Shown here: in pieces, positions 14,101 through 14,419 of the stretch
How positions within the stretch are numbered: the first letter of the stretch is position 1
How the letters are laid out: the number at the start of each line of letters is the position of its first letter
NCBI GenBank assembly: GCA_037441285.1
Contig: JBBISL010000021.1
Location: forward strand, 1-14,419
DNA: 14,419 bases
From: a candidate division WOR-3 bacterium
GTDB lineage: Bacteria; Hydrothermota; Tepidihabitantia; Tepidihabitantales; Tepidihabitantaceae
Direction of reading: 5' to 3'
The notes under the pieces: model-generated
What the model was told of the DNA's origin: nothing
The model's input: the letters and a program-made list of their open reading frames with translations, nothing else
Databases searched by the model: none
Made by a program: the position numbers and the translations under genes

Positions 14101-14419
14101 ATGCGGGGAGTTGTCTGGGAAATTAAAGGCGATTGGATTCAGGCCCATAGTTTTTACAAACGAGCACAAGATGTTGTTGAGCAAAACAAAGATAGAATTC
14201 CTCTTAACTCCCGATTTGCGCTTCGCAGCAATATCGCTTTGTTACAGGCAAAACAGGGCGAACTGGAAAGGGCGGAAGAGGCTATTACCCAGGCGGCAAA
14301 GTTGGTTGAATGTGTTGAGGACTCATTCCTGCAGTTCAATCTGCTGGTAAATCAGGCTGAGGTAGCGCTCCGTAGTGAGCGATTGGAACGGGCAAAGGGG
14401 TTTATTGCCCGGGCGTTCG
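11167..14419 (+). CDS. Hanks-type Ser/Thr protein kinase + STAND/AAA_16-type NTPase + TPR repeat protein (>1084 aa, 3'-truncated by the window)
   Basis: Manual translation from ATG 11167 stays open to the window end. Kinase: DRYYIEEFLGGGEGTEVY, LALK, REF, HPGVV, FTMEY, IHCDLKPEHIL, LLDFG, GTPGYVAPE, RADLYALG. NTPase: FVARE, Walker A GDRGVGKS (12133-12156), Walker B LVIIVDD (12406-12426), TGGNPL. Then LAHHW and repeated TPR-like helices (e.g. LGLVYQKQGLVSEAINLLNQAL). Confidence 0.93.
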   Translation, partial: MAQRGSSDNLQFSQPVGDRYYIEEFLGGGEGTEVYRVHDIITGKVLALKAVRSGVSDEENVRLNREFFYLSQISHPGVVAVHDYGRTADGRAYFTMEYIPGVPITHYFAGGYDPKLIDVIVQVLLALDAIHARGMIHCDLKPEHILVVEDDGKLKTKLLDFGFAEDFYINSAQVGKGTPGYVAPEILKGVDSDVRADLYALGMVIYETVTGIGPGKEVELLDWLRKQQNADFVPPRSFNPEIPEKLDRLVMKLISPRREQRPSSAQVVIEELLGEGVSNVTLPALRRDVMASGFVAREQVLEEMKETLRTVADGQSGVICISGDRGVGKSRLLAEFKFYAEMEGASVFSFEPVSLGARSQSLIEALVVLLRSYGQTGAPVVLIDAGKESNYRLFEWVTQRLKLVANSHRIKHSLVIIVDDFELFDPTSLEFLRYFALGIDNERVLFVVTGLKERRFLETIDRIKHRANFRHIVIQPFNRDEVKELVLSLLGKVSDVDALTEWLFEFTGGNPLWVVETIYALIEAKILVREVSGWELAKGRLAAFRPPSSVSDTIRQRVEQLTPEERKTLEIAAAAAGPFSLDLLRAALNLEEEVLFQVVSRLKAFGFIKTFRAAGPEEKCRLGSGWILSSKILESVILEQLTVEQRRENHRKVALALELLYPERIPEMVFDLAHHWTLAGVKDRAYDYSLRAGDRAREWLLFEQALGFYENALNLSSGLITARERIGLLEKVGELCELTGRFAEAIDIYRQGMGLAVGDPEIARDKKPLARFLRRLGLVYQKQGLVSEAINLLNQALHLQTEDSLERTRLLADLGWSYCGAGDFSHAEEVLTSALQLAEKQKATVTGEANQLVGLILYYFAVLAWAKYDFVLALQLAERSLDVFERLEDEMMKATVCQFIATLYVRRSETEKAKEFYQRAVASQRRAGAVYYLLRSLHGLGVLCLDEGEWTQAEGYFNEALKIAERVGDVTALVDIGTMRGVVWEIKGDWIQAHSFYKRAQDVVEQNKDRIPLNSRFALRSNIALLQAKQGELERAEEAITQAAKLVECVEDSFLQFNLLVNQAEVALRSERLERAKGFIARAF

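Noticed and set aside
11781..14350. Short ORFs listed within the kinase gene (and similar shadow ORFs inside accC, valS, pilT and the serpin)
   Set aside because: They are antisense or alternate-frame shadows of long, motif-supported CDSs and have no recognisable motifs of their own.
6400..14419. Integrative element inserted at tRNA-Gly
   Set aside because: No integrase gene, no duplicated tRNA 3' end noticed within the window, and the downstream genes include housekeeping nth.

Overview
A 14.4 kb bacterial chromosomal window of mostly housekeeping and accessory genes, with no CRISPR array, transposase, integrase or phage gene detected. Gene order: 3' end of accC; an apparent operon of valS, an OmpA/MotB-like membrane protein, a DUF5683-like protein and a degenerate class II glutamine-amidotransferase-fold protein; a ~270 bp intergenic region with a strong hairpin and a candidate sigma54-type small RNA; an orphan pilT (minus); tRNA-Gly(CCC); a lipoprotein, a 4-TM membrane protein and nth; two coupled minus-strand hypothetical genes; a secreted serpin; a nitrilase-family C-N hydrolase (minus); and a Ser/Thr kinase-STAND NTPase-TPR protein of more than 1080 aa that starts at 11167 and runs off the window (absent from the supplied ORF track). 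Most interesting observations: (i) the candidate ~87-nt sRNA; (ii) sigma70-type promoters 5-10 nt upstream of several start codons, suggesting leaderless or very short-leader mRNAs; (iii) proteins with systematic changes at canonical functional residues (pseudo-GATase, OmpA-like Arg->Ala, ValRS RMSRS, kinase HCDLKPEH). The gene content would fit an uncultured lineage such as WOR-3, but that is a weak impression, not a result. All family assignments come from motif recognition by eye, not from database searches.
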